From NCBI GenBank assembly GCA_002716355.1, contig PBAU01000001.1, positions 10,573 to 22,116 of the forward strand: 11,544 nt of DNA. The letters run 5' to 3'. Shown here piece by piece: positions 1-7,704 of the stretch (the first letter of the stretch is position 1; every line of letters begins with the position of its first letter). Under the pieces are notes generated by a model. That model did not search any database. It was not told the DNA's origin and saw nothing but the letters and a program-made list of their open reading frames with translations. The position numbers were made by a program, and so were the translations under genes. The stretch comes from a bacterium (GTDB taxonomy: Bacteria; UBP7; UBA6624).

Positions 1-119
1 GGTAATTGAAATTTTGAACTTATATCCTTTAGCTGCGAGGCTACCTCTAAGGATAAGTTTTCACTCTCAAGTGAACAAGGTCCTGCAATTAAAAATTTTG
101 AAGAAAATTGTTTAAGCAT
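1..119 (-). CDS. kdsA: 3-deoxy-8-phosphooctulonate synthase (KdsA)-like, N-terminal fragment that runs off the left edge
   Basis: Not in the supplied ORF track because it is edge-truncated. The reverse complement starts at ATG 119..117 and reads MLKQFSSKFLIAGPCSLESENLSLEVASQLKDISSKFQL, open to position 1, with an in-frame upstream stop at 129..131. The FLIAGPxxxES strand followed by an amphipathic helix ending SxKF is the N-terminal signature of the KdsA / type I-beta DAHP synthase TIM-barrel family. The very short N-terminus and the position 13 bp downstream of a lipid A acyltransferase favour KdsA. DAHP synthase cannot be excluded from 39 aa. Confidence 0.6.
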   Translation of the reverse strand, partial: MLKQFSSKFLIAGPCSLESENLSLEVASQLKDISSKFQL

Positions 120-132
120 CAATTTGTTTTAA

Positions 133-984
133 TTAACCTACCTTCCATCTATTGTGCAACCAAAGCCATTGGCTAGGCTCCTCCATTATAAGTTCAACAA
201 TTTCATTTGAATACTGCTGCACTGCCTCTTCTTGGCTAAGTTTACCAAGTTTTTTAGAAGGTCTAATAACCCATTCAAAAGAACCCCATTCAACCCTCCT
301 GACTATAGAAACCACTGCAGAACAATCAAACTTAAGCGAAAGGTTGTAAGCTCCCGTAAACGCCCTTGCTGGCCTTCCCATAAAGTCTACAACTATACCG
401 TTAGCAGAGTGTTGGTCAGAAACCAAGCCAGCAACAGCACCCTTTTTCATAATTTTAGAAATCTTAGCAAGGTCACGCCAATGTCTTGTTAGGTTTAGCA
501 TGCCGAATTTAGATCTTGTTTCAAGTGCAAGATCATTAAGGAGGCTATTGCTTTGCGCTCTTCCAACTGCAATTAAAGGTATATCAAGGTTCTTTTTAAA
601 AAACGCTCCACAGATTTCCCAATTACCATAATGTGCAGTTACCATGATGCCGCCTTTTTTAATTGATTTGATATTTTTGAAACCACTTTTTTTAAGCTTT
701 ATCAATTTAAAAAAATCTTTACCATGAAGATGCATATAAAAAATTTCAACCATTGTTAAAGCAAGATTGTAAAAACTTTTTTTCAGAATTTTTTCACATT
801 CAGATATAGAAACATCAACGAAAACCAGTCTCATTCTCTGGATGGCTCTTTTTCTTGGGCTGATCATCAGGGGCCATAATAAAGAAAAATAAAGTTTACC
901 TAAAGTTTCACCATGTTGAAATGGCACTACTCTTACCAAAAACATAGCAAGGTAAAGTAAAAACTTTTCAAATATTCTTCTCAA
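133..984 (-). CDS. LpxL/HtrB/MsbB-family lipid A (Kdo2-lipid IVA) late acyltransferase
   Basis: 283 aa with an N-terminal hydrophobic anchor (FLLYLAMFLVRVVPF). It has the HX4E acyltransferase motif TAHYGNWE and the downstream family block GLVSDQHSANGIVVDFMGRPARAFTGAYNLSL. The start as tracked is TTG 984..982, 3 nt after the upstream stop. The first ATG is codon 14 (945..943), so the start is uncertain. Acyl-chain specificity cannot be read from the sequence. Confidence 0.8.
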   Translation of the reverse strand: MRRIFEKFLLYLAMFLVRVVPFQHGETLGKLYFSLLWPLMISPRKRAIQRMRLVFVDVSISECEKILKKSFYNLALTMVEIFYMHLHGKDFFKLIKLKKSGFKNIKSIKKGGIMVTAHYGNWEICGAFFKKNLDIPLIAVGRAQSNSLLNDLALETRSKFGMLNLTRHWRDLAKISKIMKKGAVAGLVSDQHSANGIVVDFMGRPARAFTGAYNLSLKFDCSAVVSIVRRVEWGSFEWVIRPSKKLGKLSQEEAVQQYSNEIVELIMEEPSQWLWLHNRWKVG

Positions 985-987
985 GAT

Positions 988-1947
988 TTAAACCTTGATT
1001 GGCGTAAGTGGGTCAATACCTTGCAAAACATTAATTACATTTTGAGCTGCTAAATGAGCCATGCCATTCCTGGAATTCACAGAAGCACTGCCGGTATGGG
1101 GGGCCAGAACAACTTGATCCATACTTAACAATGGGTTATTTTTTTCTGGGGGCTCTGGGTCATACACATCTAAGCCAGCACCTAAAATCTCCCCTTCAAC
1201 AAGAGCCCTATATAAATCAGCCTCATCCACTAAACCACCTCTTGCAGCATTAATTAATATTGAATTTTTTTTCATCTTTTTAAAAGCTGCGTAATTCATA
1301 ATTTTTTTTGTAGACTCCAAAAGAGGCGCATGCAGGCTTAAAAAATCACTCTCAGCCAAAAGATCATCAAAATCAACTCTTCTTGCATTTAACTCATTTT
1401 CACCTTCCTCCCATGGGAAAGCATCAGTATAAAGAATCTTCATATTAAAACCTTTTGCTCTTTTCGCTACCGCCCTGCCAATTCTGCCAGCACCAAAAAT
1501 ACCAAGTGTTGCTTCCCATAGATCCTGCCCAATCAGCAAGCTGGGGGACCAGCCTTTATACTGGCCTTTTTCAGTCATTTTATGACCCTCGACAATTCGC
1601 CTAGCACAAGACATCATCAATGCCCAGGTGAGATCCGCAGTTGCTTCAGTTAAAACATCAGGTGTATTTGTACAGATAACATCATGTTCACAACACGCTT
1701 TCACATCTATATTATCGAAACCAACAGCATAATTTGCAACAATTTTCAAATTAGGAGCATTTTTTAACAAATCAGTATCCACCTTATCTGTTAACAAGGT
1801 AATTAGAGCATCTGCATCCTGCACCTTGCTTAAAAGCAAATCTCTTGGTATCACGCAATCATCCTCATGTATCCAAACATCATGAGATGCATTGCGAATC
1901 ATCTGTTCGGCATCACCAGGCAACTTTCTAGTTATAACAACTTTCAT
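988..1947 (-). CDS. NAD(P)-dependent D-isomer-specific 2-hydroxyacid dehydrogenase (glyoxylate/hydroxypyruvate reductase-like)
   Basis: 319 aa. Rossmann motif GIFGAGRIGRAVAKRA. The catalytic Arg-Glu-His arrangement of the family is present (NAARGGLVDE ... LAPHTGSAS). ATG 1947..1945 overlaps the metG stop by 4 nt (ATGA). Confidence 0.85.
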   Translation of the reverse strand: MKVVITRKLPGDAEQMIRNASHDVWIHEDDCVIPRDLLLSKVQDADALITLLTDKVDTDLLKNAPNLKIVANYAVGFDNIDVKACCEHDVICTNTPDVLTEATADLTWALMMSCARRIVEGHKMTEKGQYKGWSPSLLIGQDLWEATLGIFGAGRIGRAVAKRAKGFNMKILYTDAFPWEEGENELNARRVDFDDLLAESDFLSLHAPLLESTKKIMNYAAFKKMKKNSILINAARGGLVDEADLYRALVEGEILGAGLDVYDPEPPEKNNPLLSMDQVVLAPHTGSASVNSRNGMAHLAAQNVINVLQGIDPLTPIKV

Positions 1948-3821
1948 TTCACTATAGTACCATTCGAAACTTGTTTTTGAGGGTGTAAAGCAATTGGACC
2001 ACCATCATCAGCACAAAGAATCATTCCTTCACTCATCTCGCCTCGAAGCTTTACGGGTTCAAGGTTTGCAACAACAACAACTTGTTTTCCAATCATTTCA
2101 TCTACTGTATAGTGGCCAGCTAATCCAGCAACTATCTGCCTGACTGAATCCTCTCCAAGATCTACCTTAAACACTAATAGCCTGTCTGCATCCGGGTGTT
2201 TTTTTCCTGAAGTAATTGTGCCTATTTTTAATTTTGTTTTAAAAAAACTTTTAATATCAATATTTTCTTTTTTTTGATTCATTTTGCTCTCCTTGTGATT
2301 CTTTTCCTTGATGTCAATTCTTGGAAATAATTGTTTGAATGATTTTAAATCCTTAACGGGTGGAACAAATTCATTATCATCAGCTGGCATGGTTGGTTGA
2401 GAATTAAAAATCTTCAAAATGCTATCAGAGCTTGCGGGAAGAAGGGGGTTTAGCATATTTCCGATTGTCAAAATGGCATCACACAGGTGGAAAAAAACAT
2501 CATTTACCTCTTGGTGTTTTTTATTCTTGTAAAGGTTCCATGGTTGTTTTTCATCTAAATATTTATGTCCCCAGCGAACCAAATCTAAAATTGCCTCCAT
2601 TGAATTTCGAGGATTTAAGGATTCAAATCCGGCATGCCACTCTTTTATACAATTTGTTTTTTTGCTTAAGTATGTTTTGCTGATGCTCCCAGCAGGCTTG
2701 ACTGAACAGTCAAGATATCTATCAATCATTGATAAAGACCTGTGTATTAGGTTGCCTATCTCATTCGCTAAAAATGAATTGTAAAAATTAAAAAACTGTT
2801 CAACTGTAACAGCACCATCGCTGCCAAATGGAACAGAATAAAGACAAAAAAATCTCAAAGAATCCTCTTCATTTAATCCAGTTTTTCTTGTAATTTTTAA
2901 AGGGTCTATGACATTTCCAAGACTTTTTGACATTTTCGTATTTCCAACAGTTAAATAACCGTGAACAAACATGCCTTTAGGTAATGGTAGTTCTGCGGCC
3001 ATCAACAAAGCCGGCCACACACCTGCATGAAACCATAGTATATCTTTTGCAAGAAGGTGAAAAGAGTTTTTCCATCTATCTTCCCATTGGTCATCTTTAT
3101 CCCAGTTTACACCTGATAAATATGTTGTCAAAGCATCAAACCAAACATAAAAAACATTTTCTGCATCATCAGGTATTGGAACTGCGAAGTTCAATCTTGA
3201 CCTAGGTCTAGAAATGCATAAATCTTCAACTTCACCATTCAACCTTGCCAGAATTTCTTTCCGCCTACCAGGTGGATTGATGAAATTAGGATTATCTTGA
3301 ATAAAACTTGCTACTTTTGGAGCCCATTCTGAAAGTGGAAAAAACCAAGCGTCTTCTTTAACCTTCTCCAAATCATCACCTGTATCTGGATCTAAATAAT
3401 TGCTTTTTTTTGCTTCTAACTCTGGAACAAACCTGGCCTCACGAACATTGTACCAACCCTCGTAAATGCCTTTTTTAACTTGATTTTTTGCTTTTAGTTT
3501 TAAAAACAATCTTTTAACATCCTGATGATGCTCTGGGTCATCTGTGTGAATGAATTGATGATCATCGATATTCAAATGTCGCATAAGTTCATGCCATTTT
3601 GGACGCATTTTTTTTACAAAATCTTCCGCTTTTAACTTTTCAACCATAGCTATTTTTTCAATTTTTTCAGCATGTTCATCAGTGCCTGTTGTCATTAAAA
3701 CCTCTTGTCCATTGAGCCTAATGTATCTACAAAAAACATCAGCAAAAATACTTGTGTATGCATGGCCAAGGTGAGGGTTGGCGTTTGGATAAAAAATAGG
3801 TGTTGTGATATGTCTAAACAT
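1944..3821 (-). CDS. metG: Methionyl-tRNA synthetase with C-terminal Trbp111/EMAPII-like tRNA-binding domain
   Basis: 625 aa. HIGH motif (PNANPHLGHAYT, aa 12-23) and KMSKS motif (TKMSKS, nt 2922..2936). WFDALTTY block. C-terminal KLKIGTI...HPDADRLLVFKVDLG...IVAGLA...VVVVANLEPVKLRGEMSEGMILCA is the classic OB-type tRNA-binding appendage. A GAGGG Shine-Dalgarno sits 6 nt upstream of the ATG. Confidence 0.95.
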   Translation of the reverse strand: MFRHITTPIFYPNANPHLGHAYTSIFADVFCRYIRLNGQEVLMTTGTDEHAEKIEKIAMVEKLKAEDFVKKMRPKWHELMRHLNIDDHQFIHTDDPEHHQDVKRLFLKLKAKNQVKKGIYEGWYNVREARFVPELEAKKSNYLDPDTGDDLEKVKEDAWFFPLSEWAPKVASFIQDNPNFINPPGRRKEILARLNGEVEDLCISRPRSRLNFAVPIPDDAENVFYVWFDALTTYLSGVNWDKDDQWEDRWKNSFHLLAKDILWFHAGVWPALLMAAELPLPKGMFVHGYLTVGNTKMSKSLGNVIDPLKITRKTGLNEEDSLRFFCLYSVPFGSDGAVTVEQFFNFYNSFLANEIGNLIHRSLSMIDRYLDCSVKPAGSISKTYLSKKTNCIKEWHAGFESLNPRNSMEAILDLVRWGHKYLDEKQPWNLYKNKKHQEVNDVFFHLCDAILTIGNMLNPLLPASSDSILKIFNSQPTMPADDNEFVPPVKDLKSFKQLFPRIDIKEKNHKESKMNQKKENIDIKSFFKTKLKIGTITSGKKHPDADRLLVFKVDLGEDSVRQIVAGLAGHYTVDEMIGKQVVVVANLEPVKLRGEMSEGMILCADDGGPIALHPQKQVSNGTIVK

Positions 3822-5110
3822 TATTGACCCTCAATGATAATTTCTATTTTAGACATAGATTCAAAATTGTAAATATCTTTAGTTATTCGAACTGATGCCA
3901 AAGCACCGTTTTCAAAACTAACCATCTCTTCGGCCCTGTTTGTAAGCTTCCATGTTGGGTAAAAAACTCTTTTTTGAGTTTTCACATCTGGAAAGATACC
4001 TTTAGATTCCGCAATCTCCTCAATCAAGCTAATCAAAGACTGTAAAAATAAATAATTATTCTGAACAAGAGCGGTATCCTCAAAGAACCGTTCTGCCAGA
4101 ATCTCCCCTTCTTTAAAAATGATGCCCGAAGGAACCCATTCAAATATTACTTTCACTGCATCTCCCACAAAAACATTTGAGAGAACGGATGTTCTTAAAA
4201 AATAATTTCCAGATTTTTTTGAACCTAAAGCTCTTGCTGCAAGCGTATCTGCGGTTTCAAATGCAAAACTAACACCCAGGCTTTCAATGTCAGAAATCAT
4301 TTTTTGAAAACTGCTTTTTAAATAATCGCCTAAAAGCAAAGGGTCCAAATCCGCAGGGACCATTAATCTTTTCAATTCTTGACCCTTAACCAAAACCAAA
4401 GTTCCCTCAGAAGCTCGAACCTCTGCATCATTCAATGCAGCTGTTAGCTGCAGTAAATCCTTTTGAAGATCATCTAATTGATTATTTTTTTCAAGTAATT
4501 CATTTTCTGTTTTTTGCAGATTGATACTTAATTCTGAAATGCTGTCATTCAATTTTTTTTCTTCCTCTTTTAAAGTCAGAACCTGATTTTCTTTTTCAGA
4601 AAGTTCCTGGGTTAAAGAAAGTCCTTGCTCTTTTAAAGTTTGGATTTGTGCATTTAAAACTTCCGCCTGTTTAGATGAGTTCATTATCTCAATTTCTAAC
4701 TGCTCTTTCAGGATCGTGAGATCTTGTATCTGGTTGTTACTATCATTTAAATCTATTTCTAATTTTCCAAAATTTATTTCAAGATCTTTATAGGAAATCT
4801 GCAAATCTGAATATGTATCCTCTATACCCTGAAGCTGCTCTGAACTTTCTGCAAGCTCCTTTTTAATTGCCTGAATCCGAAAAACAGCATCCTGAAAATC
4901 ACTACTTACAAAGGATAACAATCCGTAAATAAAGGCTGAAACCAAAAAACCAATCATGCCTGCCCATATTGCAGATGCATACTTGGGCCTTAGGCCTAGC
5001 AATCTTTTTTTACTTTTTGAATATCTTCTACCTGCTATATCTCCCAAATAAGCAATAATCCCTCCAGAAAGCAAGAGGAAAAGAACATTGATTAAACCAT
5101 CATTAAACAT
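3821..5110 (-). CDS. Membrane-anchored coiled-coil protein, DUF3084-like
   Basis: 429 aa. The N-terminus has two hydrophobic helices bracketing GDIAGRRYSKSKKRLLGLRPKYASAIW. From memory, this matches the conserved GD-x-G-x-K-x-GK-x-R-x(3)-LRP head of DUF3084 proteins. About 160 aa of heptad-like Leu/Gln/Glu-rich sequence follow (aa ~80-235), then a globular C-terminal domain. The family assignment is unverified. Confidence 0.55.
   Translation of the reverse strand: MFNDGLINVLFLLLSGGIIAYLGDIAGRRYSKSKKRLLGLRPKYASAIWAGMIGFLVSAFIYGLLSFVSSDFQDAVFRIQAIKKELAESSEQLQGIEDTYSDLQISYKDLEINFGKLEIDLNDSNNQIQDLTILKEQLEIEIMNSSKQAEVLNAQIQTLKEQGLSLTQELSEKENQVLTLKEEEKKLNDSISELSINLQKTENELLEKNNQLDDLQKDLLQLTAALNDAEVRASEGTLVLVKGQELKRLMVPADLDPLLLGDYLKSSFQKMISDIESLGVSFAFETADTLAARALGSKKSGNYFLRTSVLSNVFVGDAVKVIFEWVPSGIIFKEGEILAERFFEDTALVQNNYLFLQSLISLIEEIAESKGIFPDVKTQKRVFYPTWKLTNRAEEMVSFENGALASVRITKDIYNFESMSKIEIIIEGQ
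3828..3832 (-). promoter_or_regulatory. Shine-Dalgarno (GAGGG) for metG, embedded in the 3' end of the upstream gene
   Basis: Minus-strand reading is GAGGGTCAATA-ATG, with 6-nt spacing to the start at 3821. Confidence 0.5.
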
Positions 5111-5122
5111 AATTAAAAAAAA

Positions 5123-5905
5123 CTATTTTTTTTGATCTGAGTTGTTATTTTGAAAATCAGTAATAGTTTTTTTTGTTGTTTCTAAAGACCAAGATTCTGC
5201 AAATAAATCTGCCTCTTTGATCAATGCATCTTTCTGGGACATCTCCAAATGCAGGCAAAGAGATTGTTTGGCTAACGCAATTGTTTGCTTGTTTTTAACA
5301 AGATACGGTTTTAAAAATTCTTTTGCATCAGCGATTAATTCTTTTGGTCTAGATACCTTTTGTATCAAACCCATTTCAAATGCTTCATCAGCTCTGAACA
5401 AACGACCACTTAAAACCAAATCCAAAGCTTTGGTTCTCCCAAGAAGCTCGACTAACCTTTGGCCACCCCCCCATCCAGGGATAAGACCCAAATTAATTTC
5501 AGTTTGACCAAATTTTGCCCTTGAACTAGCAATTCTAAAATCACAACAAAGCGCAAGCTCCAAGCCTCCGCCAAAACACATTCCATTTACTGCCGCTAAA
5601 GTTACAAGAGGTACGGATTCCATTAAGCTCCATATGCTATTCCCTTTTTGAGCTAAACGAGCTGCACCGGCTGTATCCTGGGACATAAGTTCAGGAAGGT
5701 ATGCCCCCGCTGAAAACATTGGCCCCCGGCCAGTTATTATGATTGCTTTTAAACTATCATTTTTAGAAGCAAGCAAAGCGCACTCTTTAAAGCTATCTGA
5801 AAAAGCATCTGACAAATTATTTAATGGATTCCCTTTGGTGTTAATCGTGATGATCAAACAGTCATCGTCTTGCTTGGCTTCAAAATAATCAGATTGATAA
5901 AACAT
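5123..5905 (-). CDS. Enoyl-CoA hydratase/isomerase (crotonase) family protein
   Basis: 260 aa. Oxyanion-hole segment FSAGAY and the block FGGGLELALCCDFRIASSRAKFGQTEINLGLIPGWGGGQRL. Both Glu positions that are catalytic in canonical hydratases are present. ATG 5905..5903 overlaps the upstream TGA by 1 nt (TGATG). Confidence 0.85.
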   Translation of the reverse strand: MFYQSDYFEAKQDDDCLIITINTKGNPLNNLSDAFSDSFKECALLASKNDSLKAIIITGRGPMFSAGAYLPELMSQDTAGAARLAQKGNSIWSLMESVPLVTLAAVNGMCFGGGLELALCCDFRIASSRAKFGQTEINLGLIPGWGGGQRLVELLGRTKALDLVLSGRLFRADEAFEMGLIQKVSRPKELIADAKEFLKPYLVKNKQTIALAKQSLCLHLEMSQKDALIKEADLFAESWSLETTKKTITDFQNNNSDQKK

Positions 5906-7686
5906 CAGAACTTAAACTTAACGTCTCCTTTCTTTTTCCAGTCTGCTGCTTTCGGGGCTCTTTTCCTACCCCTGTCAATTTCTTCTTGTGACTGCAAATA
6001 CATATCTCCGGGCACGCATGGAGGATATGGAAACTGCATAATTACAGGCTGACTATAACGAGCATGCTTCAAAAGCAAAGTTCCCTTCGGGAATATGGCC
6101 ATTTTTTTCTTAACCTCATCCGGAAGGTATGAGTATTCTGGAAGTCCTAATTCAGTTGGCCCAGATCTTCCGTAGCATATAGTTGAACTATTATCTGTGA
6201 CCTGCTTGTCGATCATTGAAGCAAACTGTTCAGCACCGAAAAAAGTAAGACCTAATGATCTTCCTCTAGCAGTAGCGTGAATGATAGACTCCTTCAGTGT
6301 TGTGCTTTTATCTGCTGGAGCAAATTTATTCAACTCATCAACAAACACAATAATATTGTCAAGGCCCTCCTCTTCTGTTTTCATTTCAACCAACTCAAAC
6401 AATCTCTTTAACACCCTTTCAAAAACCATCTGCTGGCCTCTATCGTTTAAGGCCTGAATATCAATAACGTATATATCTCCTGTTTTAAATTCATCTAATG
6501 GTATATCTTGTGGTTTTTCTGGAATATCTCTCGAATTAACCAAACCTTTAAAAAGCTCTGGGAGCGTAACTAAATTTTGAACAAGTTTAAAAAAGGTGGT
6601 TCTCTTATGTCCGTGCCAATGCTCCCTGTCTCTCATTACCCTTCGTTCTTCAACCAAAAAATCAACAAGATCTGGAAACTCTTTAATCGTTTCGTCTTTA
6701 TCAACTATGTCAAGCATATCTTCATATGCTGCTTGAACATTGTCATCCCAATCATCCTCATCAAAAAGCTCTGGTAGGTATTTTCTTAACTCAGGTATAT
6801 CCCAAACAAAATATTCAACAGAACCATCTTGCCTTAAGCTGTTAACTTTTGATGAGGTGGTTGAAGAGTATGGCGCAAAAATACGCAATTGATCAAATGG
6901 TTCAGGAGGAACATTTAGTTCTTTGTATATTTCTCTGTAAAATTCACCTTGTGAACTTTTTTCCTGAAGTTCAGGATTAGCCTTATCTAAAAACAATAAA
7001 TCCTTACCTTTAACATTAAATAAAACTACGCCTATTCTTTTTTTCTTATACTCTTGATTTCTTTGGAAAAAAGTTTGTACTGATTTAAGCATAAACTCAA
7101 CCAAACTTGTTTTGGTAGCCAAACCTGAAATTCCACTAATATTAAAGTGTGCTCCCTCTGGCCCTAAAAGAAATTCAATATCGACATAAATAGGTGTAAG
7201 TTGTCCATCTCCATTTTTAATAACACCTATAGGTACCCCTCTATCCTCAATATAGCCCTCCATATTAAAAGCCCTTCTGACTCCAGCAGGGTTAGCATAA
7301 AAAATATTAGCTCGAGTAACGGGCCTTGCTTTATCATCAGTTGATCCAATGATATTTGCTTTTGCAACAAGAACCTCTGAAACATCTGTTGGCAGTGACT
7401 GATCTGGTTTTCCAAAATCATGTGATATATAGTCAGAAAGAAAGTTTGGCATATCCATAGTTGAACGCAAATCAACAACAGTTCCAAATGTTATATGTCC
7501 ATCATCTCTAACAGCAGCAACAATGTTCCCTAATTCAAGATTTTGCTCCTTTCTAGAAAGCCAAAAATGAAAATAAGAAGAGGTGTTTGGATGTTTTTCA
7601 GTGCTAGCACCCTTTCCTACAAAACCCCACTCAAGGTTTACATATTCATTAAATTTTTCTTCTGCAAAATGAAAATTCTTGTTCAT
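5905..7686 (-). CDS. herA: HerA-like (FtsK/HerA superfamily, COG0433-type) ATPase with N-terminal HAS-barrel-like domain
   Basis: 593 aa. N-terminal barrel-like region (LELGNIVAAVRDDGHITFGTVVDL ... VLVAKANIIGS ... RANIFYANPAGVRRAF). P-loop region AHFNISGISGLATKTS, which is deviant. HerA-typical GDIYVIDIQALNDRGQQMVFERVLKRLF followed by Walker B NIIVFVDELNKFAP. ARGRSLGLTFFGAEQFASMID corresponds to the REGRK-x-G...Q-x-P block of HerA proteins. A strong SD lies upstream. Confidence 0.75.
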   Translation of the reverse strand: MNKNFHFAEEKFNEYVNLEWGFVGKGASTEKHPNTSSYFHFWLSRKEQNLELGNIVAAVRDDGHITFGTVVDLRSTMDMPNFLSDYISHDFGKPDQSLPTDVSEVLVAKANIIGSTDDKARPVTRANIFYANPAGVRRAFNMEGYIEDRGVPIGVIKNGDGQLTPIYVDIEFLLGPEGAHFNISGISGLATKTSLVEFMLKSVQTFFQRNQEYKKKRIGVVLFNVKGKDLLFLDKANPELQEKSSQGEFYREIYKELNVPPEPFDQLRIFAPYSSTTSSKVNSLRQDGSVEYFVWDIPELRKYLPELFDEDDWDDNVQAAYEDMLDIVDKDETIKEFPDLVDFLVEERRVMRDREHWHGHKRTTFFKLVQNLVTLPELFKGLVNSRDIPEKPQDIPLDEFKTGDIYVIDIQALNDRGQQMVFERVLKRLFELVEMKTEEEGLDNIIVFVDELNKFAPADKSTTLKESIIHATARGRSLGLTFFGAEQFASMIDKQVTDNSSTICYGRSGPTELGLPEYSYLPDEVKKKMAIFPKGTLLLKHARYSQPVIMQFPYPPCVPGDMYLQSQEEIDRGRKRAPKAADWKKKGDVKFKF

Positions 7687-7690
7687 AATA

Positions 7691-7698
7691 CCATCCTT
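7691..7698 (-). promoter_or_regulatory. Shine-Dalgarno (AAGGATGG) for the HerA-like gene
   Basis: Minus-strand intergenic reading is AATAGTAAGGATGGTATT-ATG. The AAGGA core sits 7 nt from the start at 7686. This is the best SD among the minus-strand genes. Confidence 0.6.
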
Positions 7699-7704
7699 AC
7701 TATT

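Noticed and set aside
17-60. Imperfect inverted repeat (aacttatatcctttag ... ctaaggataagtt) that first looked like a terminator between convergent genes.
   Set aside because: It lies inside the kdsA-like coding frame on the minus strand. The stem has a 2-nt bulge and mismatches, and no proper T-tract follows on either strand. It is most likely incidental.
2-115. Plus-strand frame-2 open stretch (VIEILNLYPLAARLPLRISFHSQVNKVLQLKILKKIV, stop at 113..115) that could be the 3' end of a convergent gene.
   Set aside because: The opposite strand encodes a sequence with a clear KdsA/DAHP-synthase-family N-terminal signature starting at an ATG. The plus-strand peptide has no recognisable features.
152-492. 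Track ORFs 152..349(+) and 232..492(+).
   Set aside because: Both are antisense to, and fully inside, the LpxL-family gene, which has strong family motifs. They have low-complexity composition and no SD, which is typical of shadow ORFs in AT-rich DNA.
2432-3205. Track ORFs 2432..2683(+) and 2984..3205(+).
   Set aside because: Both are antisense shadow ORFs inside metG, whose frame is unambiguous (HIGH, KMSKS, tRNA-binding domain).
5111-5132. A8 run followed by a T8 run around the crotonase stop and the DUF3084-like start, considered as a slippage or phase-variation tract or a terminator tail.
   Set aside because: No preceding GC-rich hairpin is present. The runs are explained by AT-rich intergenic sequence and Lys codons (…DQKK), and there is no evidence of frame disruption.
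5217-6052. Track ORFs 5217..5507(+) and 5870..6052(+).
   Set aside because: They are antisense to the crotonase gene and to the crotonase/HerA-like junction. They have no motifs and are explained by the opposite-strand genes.
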